From a bacterium (lineage in GTDB: Bacteria; Hydrothermota; Tepidihabitantia; Tepidihabitantales; Tepidihabitantaceae): 39,987 bases of DNA. Position 1 is the first letter of the stretch. The number at the start of each line of letters is the position of its first letter. The stretch covers positions 1 to 39,987 of the forward strand of contig JAWOHE010000052.1 of assembly GCA_046485285.1 (NCBI GenBank). Direction: 5' to 3'. The position numbers and the translations under genes are program-made. Below, in pieces: positions 15,229 through 25,441 of the stretch. Under the pieces are notes generated by a model. The model was not told the DNA's origin and did not search any database. It saw only the letters and a list, made by a program, of their open reading frames with translations.

Positions 15229-16686
15229 CTAGCGGGCGATGATGATTCGCCGGCCCGGGCCGGCGAATCCGTAGCCACGGGCATCCTCGCCGCGCAGGAA
15301 GTACACGCCCGGCGCGAGGCAGGAGACGTCGTTGGGACCGGGCGCGAGCGCCATCACCCGGCGGCCGGAAGCGGAGAAGAGGAACCGGAAGGCCGCGGGG
15401 TCGGGCAAGCGGGGGAGGACGAGCGAGCCGCGGACGATGGTCGGCAGTTCCGCCGGGCCGTGCGCCGGGAGGCCTTCGGCGATGCCGACGGTGTCGTCGA
15501 CGTAGAAGCTGACCGTGACCGCCGTATCCGCGGCGCCGTCGGAGAAGGCGAAGGTCGCCTCGTGGCGGCCCGGCGCGAAGCCGCTCCGCGCGGCGCGGAA
15601 GGTGACGCCGCGCCAGTAACGCCGGTTGTCGGGCACGAGGACGAGGCTGTCCGGGCTCCCGACAAAGGCGAGCAGGCGGCGCGTCGGCGGGTTGGTATCC
15701 GGATCGGTGTAGTCGGCCGAGAAGTTGAACAGGGTCCCGGGTGTGCCGGTGTCGGGCACGACGCGGGCCGAGGCGACAGCGAGCGGGCGATTCGCGCCGA
15801 GGGCCGGGCGCTGGGTGCGGGTGGCGTGGAAGAGGCCGGGCAGGGTCGTGTCCCTGGTCGCGGCGCCGCTCACCGTGATTGTCTGGGTCGCGGCCGCGGC
15901 CCAGAGCCAGCCCGCGGAATTGGGCCAGGGGCCGAAGCGGGCATCGCCGGCGAGGTCGGCGACGCGCAGGCGCATCAGCAGGCGGTTGCCCGCGGTCGAG
16001 GCATCGACGTCGCCGATGCGCTCCGGGGTAGCGCCGGTGTAGCGGTTGATGGCGAAGAGCCCGGTTTCCATCACCGGCCAGGCGCTGACATAGACCGCGG
16101 CGAAGACCCAACTGTCGGACGGCGCCTCGGGGTTGGAGAAGCCGAGCGAGTAGGCGAACCACTTGAGGAGCCCGCCCGAGGTCGGCCAGGACGTGTGGTT
16201 GTTGGTCAGCTCGACGTAGAAGCGCTCGGCCGAGCGGCCGACCCGGGCGCCGGTGAGGTCGAGCCACGGGCCTTCCGGGCTGAGGGCGTCGCCGGTGGTG
16301 TCGCGGGCGATGCGGGCGAGCAGGTTGTCGGGAACCGGCCAGGCGTCGGCCTCGTTGAGCGGCGACTGGGTCGCGAAGGCGCCATTCTGCCCGGCGTTGA
16401 CGTAGTACCAGAGAATGCCGGGCCCGGGCGGGACCGCGAACGCGGCCTGCCAGGTGCTGTCGTAGCCGGGCCGGGCGAGGCGGGAAATCGGCCGCTCGGT
16501 CCAGGTCCGCTGGCTGTCGGTCGAGACGAACACCCGGGCGGCGATGGTGTCAAGGCCGGGCGCGGAGGGGGTCGCGAGGTCGGCGTGGACGAGCATCGTG
16601 CCGATCGGCGCCGAGTTCGACACCTGGCCGATGCCACCGCCGGCCGCGGCAAGCCAGAGCAGGCCCAGCGCGAGGGCAGTTCTCAT
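15229..16686 (-). CDS. Secreted protein with T9SS type A-like C-terminal sorting domain
   Basis: Signal peptide; C-terminus LFSASGRRVMALAPGPNDVSCLAPGVYFLR; paralog of 16732-18222. Confidence 0.7.
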   Translation of the reverse strand: MRTALALGLLWLAAAGGGIGQVSNSAPIGTMLVHADLATPSAPGLDTIAARVFVSTDSQRTWTERPISRLARPGYDSTWQAAFAVPPGPGILWYYVNAGQNGAFATQSPLNEADAWPVPDNLLARIARDTTGDALSPEGPWLDLTGARVGRSAERFYVELTNNHTSWPTSGGLLKWFAYSLGFSNPEAPSDSWVFAAVYVSAWPVMETGLFAINRYTGATPERIGDVDASTAGNRLLMRLRVADLAGDARFGPWPNSAGWLWAAAATQTITVSGAATRDTTLPGLFHATRTQRPALGANRPLAVASARVVPDTGTPGTLFNFSADYTDPDTNPPTRRLLAFVGSPDSLVLVPDNRRYWRGVTFRAARSGFAPGRHEATFAFSDGAADTAVTVSFYVDDTVGIAEGLPAHGPAELPTIVRGSLVLPRLPDPAAFRFLFSASGRRVMALAPGPNDVSCLAPGVYFLRGEDARGYGFAGPGRRIIIAR

Positions 16687-16731
16687 CGCCACGCGATGTT
16701 AGCGCTTGCCGCCCGCGCGGTCAAGTGGCGG

Positions 16732-18222
16732 TCAGTCGGCGAGGCGGAGCAGGCGCAGCCCGGCCGCGCCGGCGCCGGCGCGCAGGAAGTAGACGCCGGA
16801 AGGCACCGGCCGGCCCGATTCGTCGGTGCCGTCCCAGCGCTGCCGGCCGGGCAGGAATCGGCGGACGAGCCGGCCCGAGGGGGCGAAGAGCACCGCGCCC
16901 TGCCAGCCGGGCGGGATGAGGAGCTCGACCGCGTGCCGGAACGGGTTGGGCGCGGCCGTGAATCCGACCGGGGCGGGCGGGAGCTCGGCGACCGCGGTCG
17001 TGTCGGTGACGACGAAGCTGTCCGGGCCGGACGTCACCGTCGCGAGGCCGTCGGAGAAGAGGAAGTGGAACCGGTGGACGCCGGGCGCAAAGCCGCCCCG
17101 CCGGTCGCCGAAGACGACCGGCCGGTGCCAGCGGTGGCCATTGGGCACGAGTTCGATGGTGTCGGCACCGACGACGAGCTTGCGCAGGACCGGGAGGTTG
17201 GTATCCGGGTCGGTGTAGTCGGCGCTGAAGGCGAACTCGGTCGAGGGGCCGCCCTGCCGGGGAACGACGGTGGGAAGGCTGAGGACTGGGGAGCGGTTCT
17301 GGCCGACGACGAAGCCGGGGGAGCGGTCGACGTACCAGCGGGACTGGTTCGAGGTGTCGTGGAGCGTCGCGTTCTGGTTGATGTCGACCGAGCGGGTGTC
17401 GCCCCGGGCCGCGCGGAGGTGGCCGGAGGGTATCGGCCAGGGCCCGAACTTCGGGTGGGTGGCGAGGTCCGCGATGCGGCAGCGCATCGAGAGGACGTTG
17501 CCCGCGGTGTTGTACTCGATGTCGCCGACGCGCTCGAACTCGCTGGTGTAGCCGTTGATGACATACAGGCCGGGCTGGTACAGGCCGAGGATGTTGCCGT
17601 AGGCGAGCACGAAGGAGAAGGTGTCCTGCGCCGCGTCCGGGTTGCGAAACCCGACGGCGTAGAGGTACCAGCGCAGGGGAATGGTCGTGCTGACCGGCCA
17701 GGAGGTGTGGTTGTTGGTCACCCGGGCGTAGATCCACGCGTCGGAGATGCCGAACCGGACGTCGGTCAGGTCGAGCCAGTTTCCGGGCGGGTTGTTGACC
17801 ATGTCGCCCGCCGGCTCGAAGGCGACCGGGGCGAGCAGGGCCGGGGCCGGCGGCCAGGCGTCGGCGGCGTTTTTCGGGCCCTGGGTCGCCCAGTTGGCGC
17901 CGTCCTCGGACTGGACGTACCAGAGCACCGTGCCCGAGCCGGGCAGGGTGAAGCCGCCCTGCCAGGTGCTGTCCCAGCCGGGGAGGGCGAGGCGGGCCAT
18001 GTCGGCCCGGCTCCAGCTCGCGCCGGCGTTGGTGGACCAGTTGACCCAGGCGGTGATGTTGTCGTCCTCAACCGGGCCGGCGATGTCGGCCTGGACGACG
18101 ACCGTGCCGCCGGGCGGCGGGGCGGAGCTCGAGACGTTGGACAGCACCGGCGCGGTCCACGCGCCGGCGAGGGCGACGAGCCCGGCGAGGCCGAGCAATA
18201 GGCGGTCCGGCCTGCGAAGCAT
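16732..18222 (-). CDS. Secreted protein with T9SS/FlgD-Ig-like C-terminal domain
   Basis: Signal peptide; C-terminal APNPF..SGRLVRR..WDGTDESGRPVPSGVYFLR. Shares DSTWQ, NNHTSWP and FSADYTDPDTN with its neighbour. Confidence 0.75.
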   Translation of the reverse strand: MLRRPDRLLLGLAGLVALAGAWTAPVLSNVSSSAPPPGGTVVVQADIAGPVEDDNITAWVNWSTNAGASWSRADMARLALPGWDSTWQGGFTLPGSGTVLWYVQSEDGANWATQGPKNAADAWPPAPALLAPVAFEPAGDMVNNPPGNWLDLTDVRFGISDAWIYARVTNNHTSWPVSTTIPLRWYLYAVGFRNPDAAQDTFSFVLAYGNILGLYQPGLYVINGYTSEFERVGDIEYNTAGNVLSMRCRIADLATHPKFGPWPIPSGHLRAARGDTRSVDINQNATLHDTSNQSRWYVDRSPGFVVGQNRSPVLSLPTVVPRQGGPSTEFAFSADYTDPDTNLPVLRKLVVGADTIELVPNGHRWHRPVVFGDRRGGFAPGVHRFHFLFSDGLATVTSGPDSFVVTDTTAVAELPPAPVGFTAAPNPFRHAVELLIPPGWQGAVLFAPSGRLVRRFLPGRQRWDGTDESGRPVPSGVYFLRAGAGAAGLRLLRLAD

Positions 18223-18296
18223 CGCAGGATGATAGGCGCGGCGCGCGGGCGGTCAACAGGCTGAGGCCGACCGGCGGCGGGAGGTGACTGTTGACG

Positions 18297-19859
18297 CTAG
18301 ACCTCGCCCTCGTCAGGGGAGGGCGCGGGTCCGGGTCGGGGTTCGACCCGACGGCGGTTGCGGCGGCGGAGGTAGTCGGCAAGTCCGCGACCGACACGGA
18401 CCAGACCGACGAGCACGACGAGAAATTCGAGCCGGCCGAGGAACATCCCGCCGATCTCGGCCCAGAGAATCGCGGGCGCGGTGCCCGGGCCGGTGACGCC
18501 GACCGAGAGACCGGTGGTGGCGAGCGCCGAGGCGAACTCGAAGAGCGCCTCCTGGACCGAGCAGCCGGCCCCGAGGAGGACGAGCACGCCGGCGACGTAG
18601 GTCGCGAGGTAGAGGAAGACGAAGCCCGCGACGCGGCGCAGGTCCTGGTCGACGATCGTCGCCTGCGTCCCGCCGCGCCAGACCGAGTAGTGGACGACGG
18701 CGTTTCGCGGCAGGAAGCGCCGGCGGATGTCCCAGACGACGGACTTGAACAGGAGATAGACCCGGTACTGCTTCACTCCGCCGGCGGTCGAGGAAACCGC
18801 GCCGCCGACGGTCATCAAGATGATCAGGACGAAGATGCCGAGGCCGTTCCAGGGCGCGTAGCCGGTGATCGAGTAGCCGGTGGTTGTCAGTGCGGAGGCG
18901 GTTTCGAACAGGGCGACGCGGGCGGAGTCGACGAAGCCGAGCCCGAGCCGACCGACCGTCCCGACCGCGACGAGCAGGAACGACCCGGCGAGGACGACTC
19001 CGGCGAGGCGGAGTTCGCCGTTGCGGCCGACCGCGCGCACCCGGCCGCGCCAGAGCGCGTGATGCAGCGTGAAGCTCGTCGCGCCGGCGAGCATCAGCGC
19101 GATGGTGATGAGCTCGATGCCGGCGTTGCCGAACTCGCCGATGCTGCCGGCCCGGGTCGAGAAGCCGCCGGTCGAGAGCGCGGAAAAGGCGTGACACACC
19201 GCTTCGAAGGGCGCCATCCCTGCGAGGACATACGCGGCGATCCCGGCCGCGGAGTAGCCCGCGTAGAGAAACATGAACATCCCGGCCGACTTGCGGACGT
19301 GGGGCAGGAGCGGGTCGGAGTGGCCCTCGGCAACGGACAGCGCCGGGGCAAATGGCCCGACGATCGCGGCGAGCATCACGATCGCGAAGCCCGCGCCGCC
19401 AAGGAACTGGAGCCAGCTTCGCCAGAAGAGCAGGAGCTGCGGCAGGCCACGGACGTCGAAGACCGACAGCCCGGTCGTCGTGATGCCGCTGACCGACTCG
19501 AAAAGCCCGTGGAGGAAGTGTGCGCGCGCACCGATGATGAAGGGCACAGACCCGACGAGACCAGCGTAGAGCCAGATGGCGGTGACGATGGCCGCGCCGT
19601 CGGTCAGGTTGAGAGCATACCGGCGGCCGCGGCGGCAGGTGACGAGCAGGGCCAGACCAAAGGCGACCGATGCGCCGCCCGGCAGCCAGAAGGCCGGGGC
19701 CAGCGCCCGTTCCTGCGGGAACGCGAGGAGCAGGAGCAGCGGGACGAGGGTGACGAGGCCGAAGCTGAGCGTCAGCAGGCCGGACGAGAACCCAAATGCC
19801 GCCAGCCGCTCGCGCCGGAAGCCCGCCTGGCGATCCCCGGGCAGCTCAGGCGGTTTCAC
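18297..19859 (-). CDS. trkH: Trk potassium uptake permease
   Basis: Multi-TM protein with four pore loops (FESVSGITTTGLS, SALSTGGFS, SALTTTGYS, SALATTGLS) and GRLE motif. Confidence 0.9.
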   Translation of the reverse strand: MKPPELPGDRQAGFRRERLAAFGFSSGLLTLSFGLVTLVPLLLLLAFPQERALAPAFWLPGGASVAFGLALLVTCRRGRRYALNLTDGAAIVTAIWLYAGLVGSVPFIIGARAHFLHGLFESVSGITTTGLSVFDVRGLPQLLLFWRSWLQFLGGAGFAIVMLAAIVGPFAPALSVAEGHSDPLLPHVRKSAGMFMFLYAGYSAAGIAAYVLAGMAPFEAVCHAFSALSTGGFSTRAGSIGEFGNAGIELITIALMLAGATSFTLHHALWRGRVRAVGRNGELRLAGVVLAGSFLLVAVGTVGRLGLGFVDSARVALFETASALTTTGYSITGYAPWNGLGIFVLIILMTVGGAVSSTAGGVKQYRVYLLFKSVVWDIRRRFLPRNAVVHYSVWRGGTQATIVDQDLRRVAGFVFLYLATYVAGVLVLLGAGCSVQEALFEFASALATTGLSVGVTGPGTAPAILWAEIGGMFLGRLEFLVVLVGLVRVGRGLADYLRRRNRRRVEPRPGPAPSPDEGEV

Positions 19860-20508
19860 CGGTGAGCCGCCGGATGGCCGGGCCGAGCTCCTCGGGCAGG
19901 GCGAGGAGGAGAACCCGGTCTCCGGCTTCGAACCTGAACCCGCCCCGGACGACGGAAGCCCGGTCCGCGCGGACGACGCAGCCGACCAGGCACCCCGCCG
20001 GCAGGCCGAGCGCGGCGACCTCGCGGCCGACCGCGGGTGCCGACGCCGCGAGACGGATCTCCGACACGACGACCCCGCCGCCGACCGCGAGCTGGCTGAC
20101 GATCTCGTCGAACCCGACCTGGCGCTCGATCATCGCCGCGACCGTCCCGGTCAGGCTGATGGTCTCGGTGATGCCGAGGCGCGTGAAGACCTCGACCTTG
20201 GCCGGGTCGTTGACCAGCGCCAGGGTGCGCGCGACCCCGAACCGCTGGCGGGCGAGCTGGCACATCACCAGGTTGTCGGCGTCGCGCTGGGTCAGCGCGG
20301 CAAGAAGGGCGGCCCGGCCGGCGCCGGCGTCTTCGAGAATCTCCGGGTCGGTGGCGTCGCCGCAGACGACCGTCGCCTTGAGCCGGGCCGCCAGCCAGTC
20401 GCACTCGGCGCGGTCCGGGTTGATGACTGTGACCGTCAGGCCCCGGGCGACGAGGGTCCGGCCCAGGTAGCGGCAGAGAATCGCGCCGCCGGCGAGGATG
20501 TTCTGCAT
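19846..20508 (-). CDS. trkA: TrkA-family potassium uptake protein (RCK-N + RCK-C)
   Basis: VVCGDATDPEILEDAG..DADNLVMC and C-terminal RCK-C (VGREVAALGLP..GDRVLL). ATG 20508 overlaps the upstream TGA. Confidence 0.8.
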   Translation of the reverse strand: MQNILAGGAILCRYLGRTLVARGLTVTVINPDRAECDWLAARLKATVVCGDATDPEILEDAGAGRAALLAALTQRDADNLVMCQLARQRFGVARTLALVNDPAKVEVFTRLGITETISLTGTVAAMIERQVGFDEIVSQLAVGGGVVVSEIRLAASAPAVGREVAALGLPAGCLVGCVVRADRASVVRGGFRFEAGDRVLLLALPEELGPAIRRLTGETA

Positions 20509-20921
20509 CACTGCTCCTGCCCCGGCCGCGCCAGCCGGTCGCGGAGCGCGGCGACCATCAGCCGGGAGGGCGACAGCGCCTCGACGCCGAGCTCCCGGTA
20601 GACACCCTCGCGCGCCGGGTCGTAGCACCGCGCCAGCACCAGCCGGACGTCGAACGCCGTCCGGCAGACCTGCGCGACCATCAGGTTGAGGTTGTCGTCG
20701 CGGGTGACGACGACGGCCGCGTCGGCCTGCTCCATCCGGCACTGCCGCAGCACGGCAAGGTCGCCGGCGTCGCCCCGGACCGTGAAGCCGGTGAACTCCG
20801 GCGGCAGGGCATCGAGCTTGGACTGGTCGCTGTCGAGCGCGACGACGCTGTGGCCGGCCTGTGACAGCGCATCGGCAAGCGCCGACCCGGTCTGGCCGCA
20901 GCCAACGACGACGACGAACAC
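20508..20921 (-). CDS. trkA: TrkA-family NAD-binding protein (RCK-N only)
   Basis: VVVGCGQTGSALA Rossmann motif, GDAGD, DDNLN. Confidence 0.82.
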   Translation of the reverse strand: MFVVVVGCGQTGSALADALSQAGHSVVALDSDQSKLDALPPEFTGFTVRGDAGDLAVLRQCRMEQADAAVVVTRDDNLNLMVAQVCRTAFDVRLVLARCYDPAREGVYRELGVEALSPSRLMVAALRDRLARPGQEQ

Positions 20922-20923
20922 CG

Positions 20924-21607
20924 CTATTCCCTGGAACGGTAGGTCCCAAGCGGGGTCCGGAACGTGGCGGTGCGGTCGAGGTTGGTGCGCGCCTGGCGGT
21001 TGGCCGGGTCGAGCTGGAGCGCCACGCGGTACATCTTCTGCGCCGCCGGGATGTTCTCCTGCAGCTCGAACAACACGCCCTTGAGGTTGAAGGCCTCCGC
21101 CTTGGTCGAGTCGAGCGCGATGGCCTTCTCAATGAGCCGGAACGCCGCCTCGAAGCGGCGGTCGTTGATGCAGCGCTTGGCAAGCTGGAGGTGTTCGTCG
21201 TAGGACTGGGCCTTTTCCTCGCGCAGGCCGGCGCGGTCGAACAACTCGCGGAGCAGCCCGCGCAGCTGGTCCGGCGTCACCGGTTTCTCGAGGAAGTCGA
21301 CCGCGCCGAGACGCATCGCCTCGACCGCCCGCTCGACGGTGCCGTAGGCGGTGACGATGACGACGCGGACGTCGGCGTGGTCCTTCGCCACCCGGCGCAG
21401 GACCGCCATGCCGTCCATGCCCGGCATGTTGAGGTCGAGGAGCATCACGTCGAACCGGCGCTCGGCCAGTGCGGCGAGCGCTTCCTCGCCGGTGATGGCG
21501 GTTACGACCTCGAGCTCCGGGCTCTCCAGCGCCCGGCTAACGGTCAGTCGGATGTTCTTTTCGTCGTCGACGACGAGCACGGACTTCCGTTCCGGCGTAT
21601 CACTCAC
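20924..21607 (-). CDS. Response regulator with C-terminal TPR
   Basis: VLVVDDE, LLDLNMPGMDG, TAYG, KP receiver motifs and a TPR-like tail. GTG start overlaps the HK stop. Confidence 0.88.
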   Translation of the reverse strand: MSDTPERKSVLVVDDEKNIRLTVSRALESPELEVVTAITGEEALAALAERRFDVMLLDLNMPGMDGMAVLRRVAKDHADVRVVIVTAYGTVERAVEAMRLGAVDFLEKPVTPDQLRGLLRELFDRAGLREEKAQSYDEHLQLAKRCINDRRFEAAFRLIEKAIALDSTKAEAFNLKGVLFELQENIPAAQKMYRVALQLDPANRQARTNLDRTATFRTPLGTYRSRE

Positions 21608-23451
21608 GCTGACTCCTTTCCGCCCGCGACCGCCGCCACGGGCAGGGCGAACGTGAAACGGCTGCCCCGTCCCAGCTCGCTCTCGACCCATATTGTACCG
21701 TTGTGGGCCCGCACGATCTCGCGGGCGATCGCCAGCCCCAGCCCGCTGCCGCCCTGGGTGGCCTCGCCCTCGACGCGGTAGAACGGCTCGAACACGCGGT
21801 TCTGGACCTCGGCCGGGATGCCCGGGCCCTCGTCGGCCACCGTCACGAAGACGCGACCGCCGACGTGCCGCGCCGCGACCGTCACCGCCGCGCCCGCGGG
21901 TGAGTGGCGCACGGCGTTGCTGAGCAGGTTCACGAGCACGAGCAGGATGCGTTCCGGGTCGGCCTGCACCGGCGGCAGGTCGTCCGGAAGCTCGCCCTCG
22001 AGGCGGACCGACCGGGCCACGGCCTGGGAGGTGACCGCCGCCCGCGCGCGCTCGAGCAGCAGGGCCAGGTCAACGCGCTGGGGCCGCATCTCGACCCGTC
22101 CCGACTCGATGCGGGACAGGTCGAGAAGCTCGTGGACGGTCGCCTTGAGCCGGTCGGTCTCCTCGCGGGCGGTCGCGACCAGCTCGCGGCCGCGCTCGTC
22201 GAGCGACAGCTCCTCGAGGAGCCGGACCGCCATCGTCAGCGCGGTCAGCGGCGTCTTCAGCTCGTGCGACGCGGTCAGCACGAACTCTGTCCGCATCCGG
22301 TCGAGCTCGCGGAACTTGCTGATGTCCTGGAGGAACAGCACGACTCCGAGGCTGCGGCCCTCGTCGGTCCGGACGGGCGTGAAGGCGTAGCGGTAGTGCA
22401 TTCGCCGGCCGTCGCGCGTGACCTCGAGCTCCTGGTCCGCGCCCGGCGGCATCGCGCCCTGCTCGTGGGTGTGGCGCAGCTGGCCGAACATCCGCTCGTC
22501 GCGGAGCACCTCGAGGAAGTGCCGGCCGATGACCTGCTCGCGGTGCAGCCCGACCGAGGTGAGCGCCGCGGCGTTGGCGCTGGTTATCTTGTACTCGGAG
22601 TCGAAGGTCAGGATGCCGTCACCGATGACCGCGAGGATGGCGTCGGCCTTGGTGCGCTCGGCGACGATGCGCGCGACGTCCATATCCCGGTACTGCTTGA
22701 GGCGCTTGACCATTGCGTCAAACGCCTGGGCGAGCTGGCCGATCTCGTCGCGCGAGGGCGGGGCGATGTAGACGTCGAGATTCCCCTCGGCGACCTCGTT
22801 GGCCAGCGCGGTCAGCCGGCGGACCGGGGCGGTGATGCGCCGGGAGAGCCAGACACTGAGGAGGATGCCGCCGGCCAGCGCCAGTACCCCGACCAGGATC
22901 GTCAGCACCAGCGAGCGGACCGCCATCCGATGAGTGGCCAGACTCGCGTCGTGCATCTGGCCGCGGTTCAGCTCGACGAGTTCGCTGACCCGGACCGCCA
23001 CTGCCTGCCGGGCCGGGACGGTCCGGGTCAGGTAGAAGCTGCGGGCGGCCATCGGGTCCGCGGCCAGCAACCGGGCGAAAGTGCGGTGGCGGGCGAGGTG
23101 GATGGTGTAGAGCGACTCGGCGGCCCGGGCGGCCGACGCCTCGCCGGGCAGGGTGATGTTGTCCTTTTCGCGGCCGAGCCACTGGAAGAAGTCCGCCTCG
23201 GCCGCGGTGAACTCCTCGTCCGGCGAAGCCGACGCGCCGGCCAGCGCGCGGAGCTCGGCAACGTCCTGCCGGGCGAGAGCGAGGAGCATCCCGTGGGCGG
23301 CCTCGATGCTCCGGTAGTTCTCGCTCAGGATGGCCTGGGCCGAACGGCCAAGTTCCATCAACAGGAAGAAGGCGCCGACCCAGACGAGGACGACCAGCGC
23401 GAGGTTTGCCGCCTGTCCGACCAGCACGCGCACACGCAAGGGTATACGCAT
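21604..23451 (-). CDS. Sensor histidine kinase (periplasmic sensor, HAMP, PAS, HisKA, HATPase)
   Basis: Two TMs, HAMP (DEIGQLAQAF), SHELKTPLT H-box, NLLSNA, DEGPGI, GSGLGL. Confidence 0.92.
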   Translation of the reverse strand: MRIPLRVRVLVGQAANLALVVLVWVGAFFLLMELGRSAQAILSENYRSIEAAHGMLLALARQDVAELRALAGASASPDEEFTAAEADFFQWLGREKDNITLPGEASAARAAESLYTIHLARHRTFARLLAADPMAARSFYLTRTVPARQAVAVRVSELVELNRGQMHDASLATHRMAVRSLVLTILVGVLALAGGILLSVWLSRRITAPVRRLTALANEVAEGNLDVYIAPPSRDEIGQLAQAFDAMVKRLKQYRDMDVARIVAERTKADAILAVIGDGILTFDSEYKITSANAAALTSVGLHREQVIGRHFLEVLRDERMFGQLRHTHEQGAMPPGADQELEVTRDGRRMHYRYAFTPVRTDEGRSLGVVLFLQDISKFRELDRMRTEFVLTASHELKTPLTALTMAVRLLEELSLDERGRELVATAREETDRLKATVHELLDLSRIESGRVEMRPQRVDLALLLERARAAVTSQAVARSVRLEGELPDDLPPVQADPERILLVLVNLLSNAVRHSPAGAAVTVAARHVGGRVFVTVADEGPGIPAEVQNRVFEPFYRVEGEATQGGSGLGLAIAREIVRAHNGTIWVESELGRGSRFTFALPVAAVAGGKESA

Positions 23452-23562
23452 TCCGGATTATACAACCGGGCCGAACCGGCGCAAGGGATGGCCCGGCCGG
23501 GCCCGGCAGGGTTGACAGCCGGGCGCCGCAGCCTATCCTCTCGGTACCCGAAAGGAGCAACG

Positions 23563-24105
23563 ATGAAAGCAGTCAAGCTCGCAATGGCGTTCGCGCTCGT
23601 CGCCGCCATCTTCTGCGGCGGCCAGAAGGCCGAAGCGCCGAAGGCCGAGGACCCGACCGCCGGGATGCCGGCCTTCGCCTTCGAGCCGATCACCGAGACC
23701 GAGGGCCAGAAGTTCTTCACCGCACTGCCCGGCGTGGCGGCCGCGCTGAAGGCGGCCGAATACGCCCCGGAGGAGAAAGAGGGCGAGGAGATACCGGCGG
23801 CGCTCAACCGCGTGGTCGGCGGGATGGAAGAGGTCGCCGGCGTCAAGGAAGCCCTCGAGCAGAGCGGCACCTCCTGGGCCGAGTTCGGGCCGACGATGCA
23901 CAAGGTGATGGCCGCCTCGGCCGCGTTCACCCTCGACATGGCAGTGTCGATGTCCGAGCAGCTCTCGGATGACACCGAGGAAGGCAAGGAGATGATGGCC
24001 GAGATCGAGAAGGCCAAGGCCTTCTGCGCCAAGGTGCCTCAGGAGAACCGGCAGTTCATCGTCCAGAACATGGACAAGCTCGAAGCCCTCAACGACGTTA
24101 ACTGA
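23563..24105 (+). CDS. Hypothetical acidic lipoprotein
   Basis: AAGGAG RBS, ATG at 23563, signal peptide ending AAIFC; TTGACA-N16-TATCCT upstream. Confidence 0.7.
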   Translation: MKAVKLAMAFALVAAIFCGGQKAEAPKAEDPTAGMPAFAFEPITETEGQKFFTALPGVAAALKAAEYAPEEKEGEEIPAALNRVVGGMEEVAGVKEALEQSGTSWAEFGPTMHKVMAASAAFTLDMAVSMSEQLSDDTEEGKEMMAEIEKAKAFCAKVPQENRQFIVQNMDKLEALNDVN

Positions 24106-24124
24106 TAACTTTACAGCCATTTAC

Positions 24125-24149
24125 GCGGGGCAGGGTTATCCTGCCCCGC
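24125..24149 (+). terminator. GC hairpin after lipoprotein gene (terminator-like)
   Basis: gcggggcagg-gttat-cctgccccgc, a 10-bp stem 20 nt after the stop. No clear U-tract. Confidence 0.5.
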
Positions 24150-24437
24150 TCGGCTATCCGCCGCGGGGCGACTCTTAAATAGTGTCTATTTATAAACAGC
24201 AGGCGTCTGGCGATTCGAGGGGCAATCGGGCGGGACGTCTTGGAATGGGCGCTCGTGCGGCTAAGCGACTGGCTGGTATGGCGATAGCCCGAAGCTGGGA
24301 CGGTTGCCTGCAACCATCGGGCGGTTCGGCCAGTCTATAAGGCTGAAGCCGGGCGGCGGTTCTACTGCCGACGGCTTCGACCCAATGCTCAGGCCGACTG
24401 GTTCCTGTGCCCAATGCTGGTGAAAGAGGAGCAGAGT

Positions 24438-25439
<1,002 letters not shown>

Positions 25440-25441
25440 CG

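Noticed and set aside
15055-18201. 1048-aa plus-strand ORF and other long shadow ORFs (11205-13277, 18291-19865, 32611-34698, 37383-39659)
   Set aside because: Antisense to recognisable genes, Arg/Gly/Ala-rich with no motifs; expected in high-GC DNA.
21904-23562. N-terminal extension of ORF 21904-24105
   Set aside because: Antisense to the histidine kinase; the real gene starts at 23563 with RBS and signal peptide.
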